Assembly: GCF_006345805.1 (NCBI RefSeq)
Contig: NC_042999.1
Coordinates: forward strand, 71,052,001 to 71,116,000
DNA from: Octopus sinensis
Taxonomy: Eukaryota
Reading direction: 5' to 3'
Length of the DNA: 64,000 nt
The number at the start of each line of letters is the position of its first letter. Positions within the stretch are counted from its first letter, which is position 1. This document shows, piece by piece, positions 25,275 through 40,553 of the stretch. The translations under genes and the position numbers were made by a program. The notes beneath the pieces were generated by a model. The model saw nothing but the letters and a program-made list of their open reading frames with translations, was not told the origin of the DNA and ran no database searches.

Positions 25275-28200
25275 ATGCTCAGAATAGGCAGTATAAATGT
25301 ACGTGGTTTGGGGTCGCCTTGGAAACAAGGCTACCTGTTAAATGACATCAAGTCACTAAATCTGAATATCATAGCCATCAGTGAGACCAGACTCCACAGC
25401 TTGCGGGCACTCCAGCACATTTTCAGTACACATTTCAACATTTATTTTTCTCCGTGTCTACCGAGAATGGGCGGAGGTGGCACCGCGGTGCTTATCCGGA
25501 AGAATCTGGATCTCAAAGTAAGAGCAAATTTCCTAGACCCGGAGGGTAGGCTGGTCGTTTTGGATGTCGATGGCAGCAATGAGTGTGCTTTTCGACTGAT
25601 GACAGTTTATGCTCCGTCCTTAACAGGCCGACCAGATTTCTTTCGACGTCTAGAGTCTTTCATGGGAACGCCTCGTCCTTTACTTTTAGTGGGGGATTGG
25701 AATGCCGCCCTGGACACGCATCTAGACTACGTGGGCAGAGATAGCAATAGAAGGGGATGCAAATGCCTCAAAGACCTGCTCAGACGTTTCCAACTGTCTG
25801 ACAGGTACCGACTGGACCACCCGAATGTGCCAATGTGGACATGGAGTAACCGCATCGGGTCGTCCAGATCATACTTAGATAGAGTATTCTGTAGGACAAT
25901 AGATAAAAATAGTGCAGGTTGTCCACAATTTCATATAGTCAGTTACACAGATCACAAGTTTGTGACTTGTACACTTGACTTAGATAAGACACATAGGCAG
26001 GGTCCTGGTTACTGGAAACTGAACGCGTCTTTTACAGCACGACAGGTTTACAGGGACCGGATCAGCACATTAGTTAAGAGAGCTTTGACGGGTACCATCA
26101 TCAACAACAGATGGTGGTATGCCCTAAAAAAAGCAATTAAAGCAGAATCAGTCAGATACAGTAGAGCCCTAGCATTAGACCGAAATAGAATAGAAGGAGA
26201 ATTAGTTAAGGTTTTAGAAGAGGCACTTAGAACTGGCATCGCGTCCAACGTGCTGGCGGCGAGATTGGCCCTCGACCAACACCTCAACGCCAAACACGAG
26301 GGATGCGTTGTCAGAGCCAGGATGCGTGCTCTGAGGAACGAAGGAGTTGGAGCCGCCCAAGAGGCCCGAGTGGTGGAGACGCAACGAGGCAACAGAGCCA
26401 CCATCAAGTCTCTTATAGATGAACAGGGGCGCGAATTGCTCGAGCCTAAAAGGATGTGTGGGGCTTTTCAACAACACTTCACCCAACTGTTTGGGACAAG
26501 TGGTGAGTCAGAACGCAGAGTGGACTTTAGTGCCTACCTGCATGCCTTGCCACGACTCTCAGCAAGAGAGATGGAGTCTTGTGAAAGGCCTATCACAGCT
26601 GCGGACGTACAGTATGCGATGGTAGGCTGCGCGAGAGACAAGTCACCAGGCTTGGATGGTCTGCCCTACGAACTTTATTTTCATATGCCAGACTTGTTTG
26701 GAGGCGTCTTGGCAGCTGTCTACTGCAACTGGCAGCAGAACGGGAGTATTCCTGCTTTTGTAAAGCGAGGAGCAGTGGCACTGATTAAGAAAGACCCAAA
26801 CAAGGGGGACGTCATAGATAATTTCAGGCCCATCACTCTGCTCAACGCAGATTTGAAAATTTTGGCCAAGGTGTTAGCCGAGAGGTTGGCGCTTGTCATC
26901 AAGAAACTAATCGACAAGGCGCAAACATGCGCCGTGCCGGGTAGAAGTATTCATGACAACCTCCATCTGATGCGCTACATCATAGACAGGGTAGTTAAGA
27001 ATCCTGGCATGGGTGGGGCGCTGATCAATTGGATCAATCAAAAGCCTTCGATAGGGTAGACCATCACTACTTGGAGGCTGTCCTTAAAGCGGCTGGTTTC
27101 GGTCCAGTTTTCCGCGGTTGGATCGCTGCCTTATACAGCGGCATCCGCTCAGTAGTTCGCGTAAATGGTCATCTATCCAGACCTTTTAACATCATGCGTT
27201 CGGTTCGTCAGGGATGCCCCCTCTCATCGCTGCTGTATGTACTGACTCTTGAGCCACTACTACGGAAACTGGCGACGCTGAGGGGCATCCCACGAGAGCT
27301 GGGATGCGGGAGGAGCGTGTCTGCATACGCGGATGACGTCACCGTCATAGTGTCGAGCTACGAGCACATCGAGCTGGTCGGCGAGACACTAAAAGAATAC
27401 GAAGCGGTAACGGGAGCAAAAATTAACCGGGAAAAGTCAGTGGGCTTGCGGCTCGGCACCTGGAGAAGCAAGCCCATGCCGTCCAACAGCGTCTCCATCG
27501 TGGGACGCTGGACGGACGGACCGGTTAAATTGCTCGGGGTCTGGTTCGGTCCGGACCTCCAAATGGAGAAGAACTGGGGCGAGATAACGACTAGGGTGGC
27601 TACTCTCACCCAGAAATGGGCTGAGAGAAAGCTATCCCTAAAAGGTCGGGCGGAGGTGGCGAACGCGTACATCGCATCCGTCATCGAGTATCGTCTGACC
27701 GTCGTGCCTTGTCCCGACCCTACCATCACCAAACTGGAACGTATACTCTTCCGCTTCTTGTGGAAGGGAAACGTTCCGATGGTTAGGCGATCCATTTGCT
27801 GTCAACACCCGCTAAATGGAGGGCTGGGCATGCCGTGGTTGATGATGCGCAGACATGCGCTGAGACTGCGACATCTCCAGCGCTTCATAGACAACGGTGA
27901 ACAGGTGTGGTCGCCTTTTGTGCGGCGCGCTTTCCCGCAGCTCGTCTCCTTGGACGAACTACAGTCATGGATCAAGCAGAGACCGAGGCTAGGCGAATGG
28001 CACCGCGAGTGTCGCGTTGCTCTCAAGCAACTCTGCCGTCCGGGATCGAACTTATGCGACTCCATCACAACAAAGGCATTCTATAGAGGATTAGTGGAGG
28101 GGAGGTGCGACGACGAACTCGGGCAGAGTCTGGGCGTCGACGAGGAACACCTGACCCGCCTGTTCAGGACAACTTTCGGGCCGGGACCTATGAACAATCA

Positions 28201-28711
28201 CCAAAGATCCCTGGCCTGGCAGTGCTATCGAGAAGCATTACCTGTTCGGGATAAGCTCTACAGACACGGTTCCAGACACACTGGACCGACTTGCCCGAGA
28301 TGCGGTCAGAGCGACGAAACCGTTCTGCACGCACTCGTGCAATGTCCAACCATTTCAGACCTGTGGGCTTATGCCGAACGGCTGCTGTCACGTGTGGGAC
28401 GAATCCGCCTATCGGCCGAGTCTATCGTGAGAATTGCTCCGCCCCCTTCCCTCAACCGGGAAGGCAAGGCAGTTTTCATCGTACTGGTGGCCATGGTGAA
28501 AGAATGTGTGTGGTGGACTCGAGCGAAAGAATTAGAGACAAACACTTACCTCTCTGGCCAATCGCTCATCAACTTTTTCAAGTACCACTTGAAAAGGAAG
28601 GTGAGAATGGAGAGGGAAGTTTTGTCTCGCGAAAGATTAAAAAAAAGATGGGTGAATGTTGCAAAGATGGTGCGTGCTAGTAACGAAACCATTTTGAGCA
28701 TGATCCTGTAG
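25275..28711 (+). pseudogene. Tx1 ORF2: AP endonuclease, reverse transcriptase and C-terminal Zn motif; single -1 frameshift at ~27030
   Basis: GSINVRG, ISET, VYAP, GDWN, SYLD and TDH (APE); KSPGLDGLP, FRPITLLN, DQSKAFDRV, RQGCPLS and AYADD (RT); CPRCGQSDETVLHALVQC. Confidence 0.93.
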
Positions 28712-29004
28712 ATCGTAAAAAAGAAAGAAAGAGAGCATTTTGATCTCATGTGGTTATTTCCTCCCTGACTGAGGTTCCCGTGGTCTTTTCTGTAGGCTTT
28801 TCTTCCCACGGATGAACCCAATCTTGTTATATCAATGTTTATATCATTATTTCTGTGATACACGATTTCCTTTTTTTTCCTTCTCTCGATCCCTTTTGAT
28901 CGCAATCTTACATTTATTTTCTTTTTTTCCACCCTCGAAAAGAAAAGCTCTGCATTTGTATTTGTCCCCTCTGTATTCAGCCCTGTGTGGCTAATAAAAG
29001 AAAG

Positions 29005-29005
<1 letters not shown>

Positions 29006-29098
<93 letters not shown>
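29006..29098. repeat. (TATC)n between two Tx1 copies
   Basis: Directly visible. Confidence 0.97.
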
Positions 29099-30390
<1,292 letters not shown>

Positions 30391-31635
30391 GCTAGCTAGC
30401 TAGCTAGCTAGCTAGCAATCTAAGTAATTAATTTCCTCAATACCACATAGATCTGATCACAAGCAAGCACTATCTCTAAGAAAATCCAATCTGTGGAGAC
30501 AGAGGGTTTCACATGAGCGTTATCTGATTTGATGGTATCAAGTTAACGACAGGAGTAGGCTTGTAGTTTTTACGAACAGTAGGAATACATGCTAAGATTA
30601 CTTTTCTTGGGAGCTGAACAATTCTTAACGAGGGACTTCAAGCGTATTACATCTCTTTGTTTGAGCCCATTCTCTTTTTGAATCTTTCTTTTATATTTTA
30701 CTGTCAAGATAATAGGACGGAAGTGTTTCGGAGTCACTAGTTCGCCTAATGTTGGAGAAGGTAATACTCGACTTCGCAGCATCCCTCCTCCTTAGATATT
30801 GTTGGTGATGTTGAGGATGATGCAACGTTATTAACCTCTATTTCTTTCCTCTGGCTATCCTCTGCCCAGTGTCCAGTAGTATCGTGGAAGAAGAAGTAGC
30901 AATAACAGGAGCAGCGGTCACAACTTCCGTCTGTAGCTTTCAGCTGATACATCCTCTTCTTATTTTAGTTTGTCGAACTGTAATGAATAAGTTCCAGGAT
31001 TTTTTGGAAAAGTTTCTCATTATAGATCTGCACTCTGCCGAGGCGCACATTCATCTCCCAGGCAGCAAAAATTAGCGATGTCGCCAGTTGATAATAACTA
31101 GTCAATAAAATGAACGGATATTAATATTTTCGATTCAAATATTGCTACCACTGTATACTCTCCCTATTAATGAAGTTCGTTTATTCATGTACTCAGTGAC
31201 CACAACACCTCCCTCCCTCTCTGTGTGTCCAACTACCTATCGACTTGTCTACCTTTCTACATACACACAACACTTACACACACACATACACACACACATG
31301 TATATATTAATTACTCACATGCAAACGCTTTGATGTAAATTTAAAGTCGCAATATACACACAAAATATATCTATAACTATGAGGTTCATGTTTGCATGTA
31401 TCAAATCTGTCTACTTGTCTATTTGCATGTCAATCTGTATAAAGATACGCTCCGAAAAATCTTGAATTTATACATACATCCACATGTATACACACGTAAT
31501 ACAATTTCTTATACACGATCTCCACCGCAACCCAACCAATATATATATTCATTTATATATACATACATACATACATATATATATATATATTATATATATA
31601 TATATATATTATATATATATATATATTACACATAC

Positions 31636-31710
<75 letters not shown>

Positions 31711-32275
31711 AACATGTGTGTGTGTGTGTGTGTATGTGCATATACGTGTGCGTGTGTGTATAAGTGAGTAGGTGTATGTCTTATCAAATAAACCTTGCAA
31801 AGTTTTCCTTATATGTACTGATTCTCAAAAAGACAAAACAAAACGAAAAAATTACAGTAAATTAGACTTACATACAGAGACAAAGACAGACAGACAGAAA
31901 TATTCATAAATAGCCGTATAACCCATTGTTCGTAATCAATGTACTATTCAGATTTAAAGGAATACGTTTTGAAGAGTTAGAAAAAATAATGATGCTTCGA
32001 ACCGATAAACAAACATAACGACGAGTCCAAACAGAGAAAAAAAGAAGCTCATTCGATTTTCTTCAATATATGTCAAAAGAAAAACAAAAAAAAAGGAAAA
32101 ACAAACTTCGAACATACTATATTGATATTTCTTTAGTGCATCATTCTTAAGAGTACTAGTTATCAACCGACTAAATGCACTAATATATATATTGCTTATA
32201 TGCATATATGTGAAAATGTGCGATTATAATATAATTGGCTTTCTTCATGAGTATTTAATATACGGATATTTATAA

Positions 32276-32706
32276 GGTGGCGAGCTGGCAGAATCTTTAG
32301 CACGCCGGGGTCAATACATAGCGGCATTTCGTCCGTCTTTACGTTCTGAGTTCAAAATCCACTGTGGTCGACTTTACCTTTCATCCTTTCGCGGTCGATC
32401 AAATAAGTATCAGTTGAACACTGAGGTCGATGTAATCGACTGACCCCCAACCTCAAAATTGCTCGCCTTGTGCCAAAATTTGAAAACAATATATAGCTAT
32501 TTACAAGGTGTCAGAATTGTTAGCATGCCGGGAAAAATGCTTAGCAGCGTTTCGTCCGTCTTTACGTTTAAATTCTGCCGAGGACAACTTTGTTTTTCAT
32601 TCCTTTCGGGGTCGTTAAAATAAGTATCAGTCTAACTCTGGGGATGGATGTAATCGATTTACCTCTACCCCAAAATTACTGGCCTTGCGTCAAAATTTGA
32701 AACCAA
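32276..32706 (+). mobile_element. Two tandem family A SINEs
   Basis: Same head/core/tail as 19150-19580; copies at 32276-32488 and 32507-32706. Confidence 0.85.
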
Positions 32707-33248
32707 TATATAGATATTTTACTATGGCTGATAGACAGGCAGAATCTGAAAAGTCCCAGTTAAAATAACTTGATGTACTTAATTGTAAAACCATATGTGC
32801 CGATTTTAAATTATATCAAAATCAGCTTTGTCTATCATTCTTCGAGCAACGATAAAATAAGTTTCAGATAAGCAAGTATAAGAATACATATAAATCGGCT
32901 GTCTACCCATACTCCACATGAAATGTGAAATTAATATGAGATGATTTGGGCCATGCAGAAATTGGAAGATCTACTTCTTCTCTTGACAAGGACCAAAGCT
33001 ATCGTAATATTGGAAATCTTTTAACACGTTTCTCAGGGTCGACAGCATTTCGATACTTAACCTGTACACTTCACTCAGATGGAGCAGTTAGTAATGCCCA
33101 TGGATGTGATCCGTCTTTGCCTACGGATTTCTTCCATCTGTGGTCATTGTCCAACCACAGCCACCGTGAACAAAATTTCTGCTGGTATGTCCATCTTGTT
33201 GCCTGGGTTCAAATCTAGTGGTTTTGTGTCTAAGATAGAAATCAATCA

Positions 33249-33337
<89 letters not shown>

Positions 33338-33358
33338 CTATCTATCTATCTATCTCTA

Positions 33359-33573
33359 CGAGGGGTGCTGAAAAGTTCCTGGCTTTAGGTAAAAGAAAAT
33401 ACAAGAGGAACAGTTAATTATGATTTTATTCAGCATATTTCCCTCTCAGATTCACACACTTGTTGTAGCGAGCCTTCAGTCTTTCGAAGCCTTGTAAAAG
33501 AACTCGAAAGGTTGGGCCTCCAACTATGCCTTTCGCGATAACTTTAAAGCTAGGAACCTTTTAGCACTCATCG
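33359..33573. mobile_element. Mariner-type MITE inside a (TCTG)/(TATC)/(TCCG) microsatellite
   Basis: TIRs cgaggggtgctgaaaagttcctggcttta / taaagctaggaaccttttagcactcatcg; TA on the left. Confidence 0.75.
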
Positions 33574-33613
33574 TTTCTGTCTGTCCGTCTGCCTGTCTGC
33601 CTGCCTGTCTGCC

Positions 33614-33657
<44 letters not shown>

Positions 33658-35608
33658 CGTCTGTCTGACCGTCCGTCCGTCCGTCCGTCCGTCCGTCCGT
33701 CCGTCCGTCCGTCCGTCCGTCCGTCTATCTATAGGCAAATAAGTAAATCGATAGACAATGATGTGTAGGAATTGTTATTATGAGTATAACTGAAAATAAT
33801 CACGAAGTTTGGTTCTTTAGTATAATGCAAAAGAAATTTGACATTTATGAAGCAGCGATTATATTTTAGTTATAAAAATAAAATTGTTACATATAGTTAT
33901 TTTATAAAAGGTAATATGTTTTATTGCATATTTTTTTCAAGTATTGCATTTGATAGCGTTATCTGAATATTACGTTCAAAAATATGTATGTATGTATGTA
34001 TATATGTATGTGTGTGAGTATGTCTGCATGCTTGTATGTATTATGTATGAAAGTTTGCATGCATGTATGTATATGCATGTATATATGTATATACATAGAT
34101 GTGTGTGCATATATATATATATAAATCCATACACAGACACACACACACACACACATATATATGTATATTTGTATATGTAAATATATAAGTATATGAACAT
34201 GTATGTGTGTACGTACGTATGTATAAATTGCTTTAGAAAACTAGAAACATGATACAAATTTGAAACAAAAGAGTGAAAACGGTAGTTTTCTCACATATTC
34301 TGTTTTAAAATCCAGGACGGGGAACAGAGGCAGAATATTACAGTTACAAGGATTCCAGCTAAATATGACGATTGAATGATGAAGCAATACCATACAAAAT
34401 CAACTGGAAACTGCTGGAACTCATTGGACCATATGTGGCTGGAGGTAGGCTTTGCAAGCTGTGATTGATGTAGAGGAGAATTATTCTAAAAATCCATACT
34501 ACCAGGCGGCTTTCTTGGAATATTTGGATATTAACCTTATGAACAGAAATTCGATTTGGCAATGTGATCGTGCTCATTTTTGAACTAGTGAACGACGTAT
34601 ATCTATATAGGTTCCCCAGCCACACTCTACGCGAAAGGCAAAATAAATATAAAATGATTTGGGCCATGCAAAAACTGGAAGATCTACTTAAAGATATTGC
34701 AGGCTCTTTTCCTGACGAGGACTAAAGCTATCGTAATGCTGGAAATATTTTACCAGGTAAATATATGTATACGTACATTCATGCCATTCTTTGTTTTGTT
34801 ATATCAAGTGCAATTAAAATAACTTTGATTCTGTTTCAATTAAAATTTAGATACTCCTTGAAGTATGTATTATAGAGGTGAGTCTGTGTTCTGTTTGGTC
34901 GTATGTACACAATCGACAACCTTTATTTGAATGTCTTAACCCTTATTAAATCACTGTCCTCGTTTGAGGACAGTTGTATTTGGTTTATTTACTGCAATGA
35001 AGGTTAATTGGACATAAAATAGTGCCTGTTGTATTTATTTAACTACTGTATTTGGTTTATTTACTGCAATAATGGTTAACTGGACGCTTCTGTATGTTTG
35101 TTATCCCTATTTATATAACTATCTTCAAAATTTCGTTAGGGTTAACCTGGGTTAAAATGGATTAATATAATAGAAAATCAGTTACATGATCATTGGTTTT
35201 CAAACAATAACCTTTATTTAATTTATTCTTTAGCTTTGCAAACTAAAGACTCACTCGTCAATTATTTGGTTTTCTGATTGCTGACCAATTTTCGTCGAGA
35301 AAAAGGGGCATTTGGATGTTTCATTGTTTATGTGGTGATTAAAGTTAGTAGTGATGTTATTTAACATTATTCATTTGTTGAGCAGATCTAGCGACCACAT
35401 GCGAACCCCGCCCTCTCGGCATTGACTTTATTGAAAAAAAAAACATATTCTCATATGGCAAATAAGTAGATGTAACAGACAGTATCACCTCTAATAATCA
35501 CTAATATTTCTCGCAATCGTTAAATCTAATCCTATTGTTATTTCTAATGTTAAAAGTGGTAATTGTCCTAAATAAATTAAAATATTTAAAATATTGGAAC
35601 ATCAGGTA

Positions 35609-35818
35609 AGGCAGTGCGCTGACGGAATCGCTAGCACGCCGGACGAAATGCCTCTAAGCAGTTTGTTTTCAGGTCCTGAGATCAAATTCTTTTGGAATCG
35701 GTTTTGCTTTTCATCCTTTCGGAGTTGATAAAATAAGCACTAGTTGAATACTGGTGTCGAAGTAATCGACTTAAAGCCTCTTCGAACTTGCTGGCATTGT
35801 GCCAAAATTCGAAATCAA
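35609..35818 (+). mobile_element. Family A SINE, diverged
   Basis: Same architecture; TSD-like flanks aatattggaacatcag / aacattagaacttcag. Confidence 0.75.
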
Positions 35819-36409
35819 CATTAGAACTTCAGATGTGCAACATTTACATACTACATTTGGGATTATACAGAGAATATTAGCCGGAGACCTTCGTCACCAT
35901 GGTATGCAAATGTGTGAAGCGCCTTGTTATCAACGACCCTACGAGCGTGATTCTATGGAAATAGTTTAATTAGTAACTGAAGAGTGAATGATTTCTATCT
36001 TTCTCACTGTTTAGTATCCTTGCTCTACTCACTTAATTCCCAAACACCCAACTCCACCTAATTGTAAACAACTATTTTACATGGCCACTCTACTTACTAA
36101 AATCTTGTCAGCGAAAACCCAAAATATGTGTCTGTACAAACTATCAAACGAAAATCAAATAAAAACAATGCAACTAGAGCACAATTGTCTAAACTTTCAA
36201 CTGGTGGTTTTGATTATCGCAGTAGTGCTCTTGTAATCTAAAATTTTATTGACTACATTGATTTCTTTTAGACTATAAATGAATGAATCTGAGAACGTAT
36301 CTCTGTAGGAATTATGTGAATTCAATAAAGTGGAAATTTATTAACAAGCCAGAAGCTTACTGAACCATTAAATTTAGCGCAGATCAGACATTACATCTAC
36401 TTTCTACCT

Positions 36410-36486
<77 letters not shown>

Positions 36487-36554
36487 ATATATATATACTA
36501 GCTGAAGGTGACCCGCTCTACGCGCGGGTAAGAGTGTGGTTGTTACTTTCTGTT

Positions 36555-36874
36555 GCTTCCTTTCAGCACGTAAAAAGCACCATCCGAACGTGGCGGATTG
36601 CAGCGCCGCCTTGACTGGCTTCTGTGCTGGTGGCACGTAAAAAGCACCAACCGATCGTGGCCGCTGCCAGCCCCCCTGGCACCTGTGCAGGCGGCACGAA
36701 AAAAGCACCCACTACGCTCACAGAGTGGTTGGCGTTAGGAAGGGCATCCACCTGTCGAAACACTACCAGATCAGACTGGAGCCTGGTGCAGCCTCCTGGC
36801 TTCCCAGACCCCTGTCAAACTGTCCAACCCGTGGTAGCACGGAAAACGGACGTTAAACGATGCTGATGATGATG
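36555..36874 (+). mobile_element. RTE 3'-UTR-derived fragment or SINE
   Basis: gagtggttggcgttaggaagggcatcc...ggacgttaaacgatgctgatgatgat matches 39537-39690; internal gcacg.aaaaagcacc repeats. Confidence 0.75.
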
Positions 36875-37561
36875 ATTCTCCCTCTTTGTTTCTCTCTCCT
36901 TTCTCTCTCACTTTCCCACTCTCTTACTCTTCCTTTCTCTCGGACTCTCCCTCGCTTTCTCTTACTCTCTATCTTTATCTATCTCTCTCCCATTTATAAA
37001 CAACAAAAGATCTTGAGTAAGTTGAGAAATAAAATATTTAGAAAGATCAATCATAAATATCAGGCAGTTACAAAGGAAAGGTCTGCTTCAAGACAGACAG
37101 CAAAACACTAACATTTAAAAGGGACAGACGAACTTGCGAGCTGAATAATAATAATAAAATATTGGAACCAAAGTTTGAAGGGATAGAATTTGAGGATAGT
37201 AGAGTCACCATGGCTGGCATTTCTTAACGACGGACAGCAACGTATTGACAGTTCAACGGCTGGCGTAAAATTTTGAACTTGATGTAAAAGAAAATCCCTA
37301 AAAACCAAGTTTTGACTTGATTCTTTCTCACGACAGTAGACTCACGATGGCAAGCATTCAAAACTTCTTCATCATGGACGGCAACACATTGACGATTAAA
37401 AGGCTGGAGCAAATTTTTTAGCTTGATGTAACAGAGAATGCTAACACCCGCTCCTTTAAATTTTAATCCCCTTCCAACCCCATTTATACCCCTTTTCACC
37501 TTTTGGTTAATATAACCCGATTTCATTTGGGTCTACTGGGGCCACATTTTATAAGATGAGG

Positions 37562-37718
37562 ACTCAACCAAGTTTCCCAAGTTCTGGTCATAGACCATAG
37601 AACACTCAACCAAGTTTCCCGATTTCTGGTCATAGACCATAGAACAGTCAAGCAAGTTTTCCCGAGTTCTGGTCATAGACCATAGAACACTAAACCAAGT
37701 TTCCCGAGTTCTGGTCAT
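37562..37718. repeat. 42-bp tandem minisatellite, ~3.7 copies
   Basis: Unit actcaaccaagtttcccaagttctggtcatagaccatagaac at 37562, 37604, 37646 and 37689. Confidence 0.9.
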
Positions 37719-37960
37719 TTGCAGAATAAATAGAGACGGCGGAGGTGGCAGACGTCGTTGCAATGTAAACATGATTTGTTATAAGAGAAAGATTGTCCAG
37801 ATTGTGTGTTGGTGGTGTTGGTGGTGGCGATGATAATTATCATTAGGAAAAAGAGTGAGTGAGGAAGGCATACATAAGTTGTGGCGATGATAATTGTAGA
37901 CCCCTTTTCACATTTTGATGAAGAGAACCCGATTTCATTCGGGTGTACTGGGGCCACATA

Positions 37961-37992
<32 letters not shown>

Positions 37993-38097
37993 CACGCTGT
38001 AGAAATTAAATTAGAGATAAAACCACTAATAGGGAAATGAAACAGTAAAAAACCAAAAACAAAAACATAAAAATAAAAATATAATATTAGATATATG

Positions 38098-38132
<35 letters not shown>

Positions 38133-38553
38133 TGACAGGTAGACAAAAGAATGCGATGGCGATGTAATATTTGTTACTGTCCATGAACGCTGATAGATAC
38201 ATGAGTAAAATGTATAGGAAGGTAAGAGATAGAGTGAGTGAAAATGTTCTTGGAAGAGAGTAAATAGCTACAGAGTGATTTGAGGAAGACTTTACATTAA
38301 ATAACGGTAGTTGCATTGTCAAATGAAGAGGAGTGACAGAGTACTGGAGGAAATAGGGTGAGGTAGGAAGATGGCCCCTAGCAACCACACCTTTTAAGAT
38401 AGGGATTTCTAAGGTAGCCCACGCGCATCGTCACCTCATTCTACATGTCCCTGTAAATTTTGGATCGAATCGGACGGGATGTAGTGGCATTGAAAGCGAT
38501 CCAAGCGGTAAAACGCAATTCAGTTTTATATATATATATATATATATATATTC

Positions 38554-38658
<105 letters not shown>

Positions 38659-38682
38659 GTATATATAATATATATATATTTG

Positions 38683-38734
<52 letters not shown>

Positions 38735-38859
38735 TATATATACAACAGTTAAGAATGGAGTAGATAAGTTGTGTTTTCTATTTACTACGGATTGCTTGAA
38801 GCTAACTTTCTTCCTACACTTCGATCCCTGGATTTTATATATATATATACATATACATG

Positions 38860-39689
38860 CGTCACGACTATTGAGGACATACGTAGGTGTGAAAGAAATG
38901 AAGCTAGTATGATCCGCTGGATGTGTAATGTCAGTGTGCACACACAACAGTGCGTAAGCTCCCTGAGAGAAATGTTGGACATAAGAAGCATCAGATGTGG
39001 TGTGCAAGAGAGATGACTGTGCTGGTATGCCCATGTGCTGCGTATGGATGAGAAGAGCTGTGTGAAAAAGTGTCACTCCCTAATAGTGGAAGATAGAGCA
39101 AGGAAGACATGAGATGAGGTGGTGAAGCACGACCTTCGAACGCTGGGCCTCACAGAGGCGATGACAAGAGACTGAGACCTCTGAAGGCATGCTGTAATTG
39201 AGAAGACCCGGCAAGTAAAGTGAGATCACAGCCGTAGCCTACACCAGTGTCGCATAACCAACCCATTTAAAAAATACTTTTGAATCGTCAGGCGAAACTC
39301 CATGCTTGAGGAGACCTATTGAGTCAAGTAAAATCAAAAATCAAAATCAAAATCACAATCAGAATCTCAATCAAATCGAAATCAAAAATGGAAATTGTAG
39401 TTGTGGCCGATGCTAGTGCCGCTTGACTGACACCCCGTGCTAGTGGCACGCAATAAGCACCATTCATGGGTGGATCGTTTCCAATACCACCTGACTGGGT
39501 CTCCAGTGGCACATAAAAAGCACCCACTACACTCTCGGAGTGGTTGGCGTTAGGAAGGGCATCCAGCTGTGGAAGCATTGTCGGATCAGATTGGAGCCTG
39601 GTGAAGCCTTCTGGCTTGCCAGTCTCCAGTCAAACCGTCCAGCCCATGCCAGCATGGAAAACAGACGTTAAATGATAATGATGATGATG

Positions 39690-39690
<1 letters not shown>
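38860..39690 (+). mobile_element. 5'-truncated RTE-clade LINE (ORF2 C-terminus, 3' UTR, (GAT)n tail)
   Basis: [15 protein letters not shown]...WYAHVLRMDE...DEVVKHDL, a typical RTE C-terminus; ends aaatgataatgatgatgat. Confidence 0.8.
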
Positions 39691-39758
<68 letters not shown>

Positions 39759-39762
39759 TATA

Positions 39763-39839
<77 letters not shown>

Positions 39840-39876
39840 GTATGCATGAATGTATGTATGTATGTATGTATGCATG

Positions 39877-40262
39877 AGAGATGAATATATGGGGGCCGTT
39901 TCGCAGCCTCCATCATATAATAATTTTTATTTTAGTGTTTAATATATTATTTTACATGTCTGCACCAATAAGCACGCTAAACATTGCATTGTAATACTAT
40001 TACGCATTTACAAATCAATGCAGATAGAGGAGGCTAGCTCTTTAGATCAGCAGAACATCGTGGGAATGTCAAATATTCAACTCTATAACTGCATTGATTT
40101 GTAATTGTACGATAGTATGTGCAATGTATAACGTGCATATTAGTGCAGAGAAGTAAAACAAGTTATTACACACTAAAATAAAAATGACTACTACATGATG
40201 GAGGCTGCGAAACAGCCACCATTCTACGGATATCTAGTAGTGAAATAAATATATTCATCTCT
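39877..40262. repeat. Imperfect foldback element, ~390 bp
   Basis: gtttcgcagcctccatcat / atgatggaggctgcgaaac; ttacaaatcaatgcag / ctgcattgatttgtaa; gagatgaatatat / atatattcatctc. Confidence 0.8.
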
Positions 40263-40553
40263 TATTCATACGTCCTGACTTTTTATATTCCCTCTCAATT
40301 TGTATATATATATCTATGACCGTCACCGTGACCGACCAGACTATCAGATGAATATATATATATATATTATACAAAAGGGCTTAGTAAAATAAATTACTTT
40401 GCCACACACTGAACTCATTAGAAATAGCAGCCAAAAAAGTTTTTTAGCTATTTCTAATACTTAAAGAAAATTTCTCTCAGATAGTGTTTACTCAAAACAA
40501 CCCACGAAGGCATGGGGGTAAAAAACATTAAAAAATCACAAGTGCAAAGATTA

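Larger units (their letters stand above)
22931..29005 (+). mobile_element. Near full-length Tx1-clade (L1 group) non-LTR retrotransposon, ~6.07 kb
   Basis: 5' UTR, ORF1 with CX2CX4HX4C knuckle, ORF2 with APE-RT-CCHC, 3' UTR ending aataaaagaaag; (TATC)n on both sides. Confidence 0.93.
36498..38530 (-). mobile_element. Possible non-autonomous Helitron with nested inserts
   Basis: Minus-strand 3' end: hairpin acccgc/gcgggt (36511-36529) about 9 nt from CTAG (36498-36501) followed by T; 5' boundary uncertain. Confidence 0.4.

Noticed and set aside
26048-28680. Antisense and alternate-frame ORFs overlapping Tx1 ORF2
   Set aside because: Shadow ORFs of a GC-richer coding region
34936-35145. TTAA-CCCT...AGGG-TTAA piggyBac-like MITE
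   Set aside because: The inverted match is only about 4 bp beyond TTAA and could be chance
37562-37718. CRISPR-like regular repeat
   Set aside because: Head-to-tail minisatellite without unique spacers, in a eukaryotic context with no cas genes
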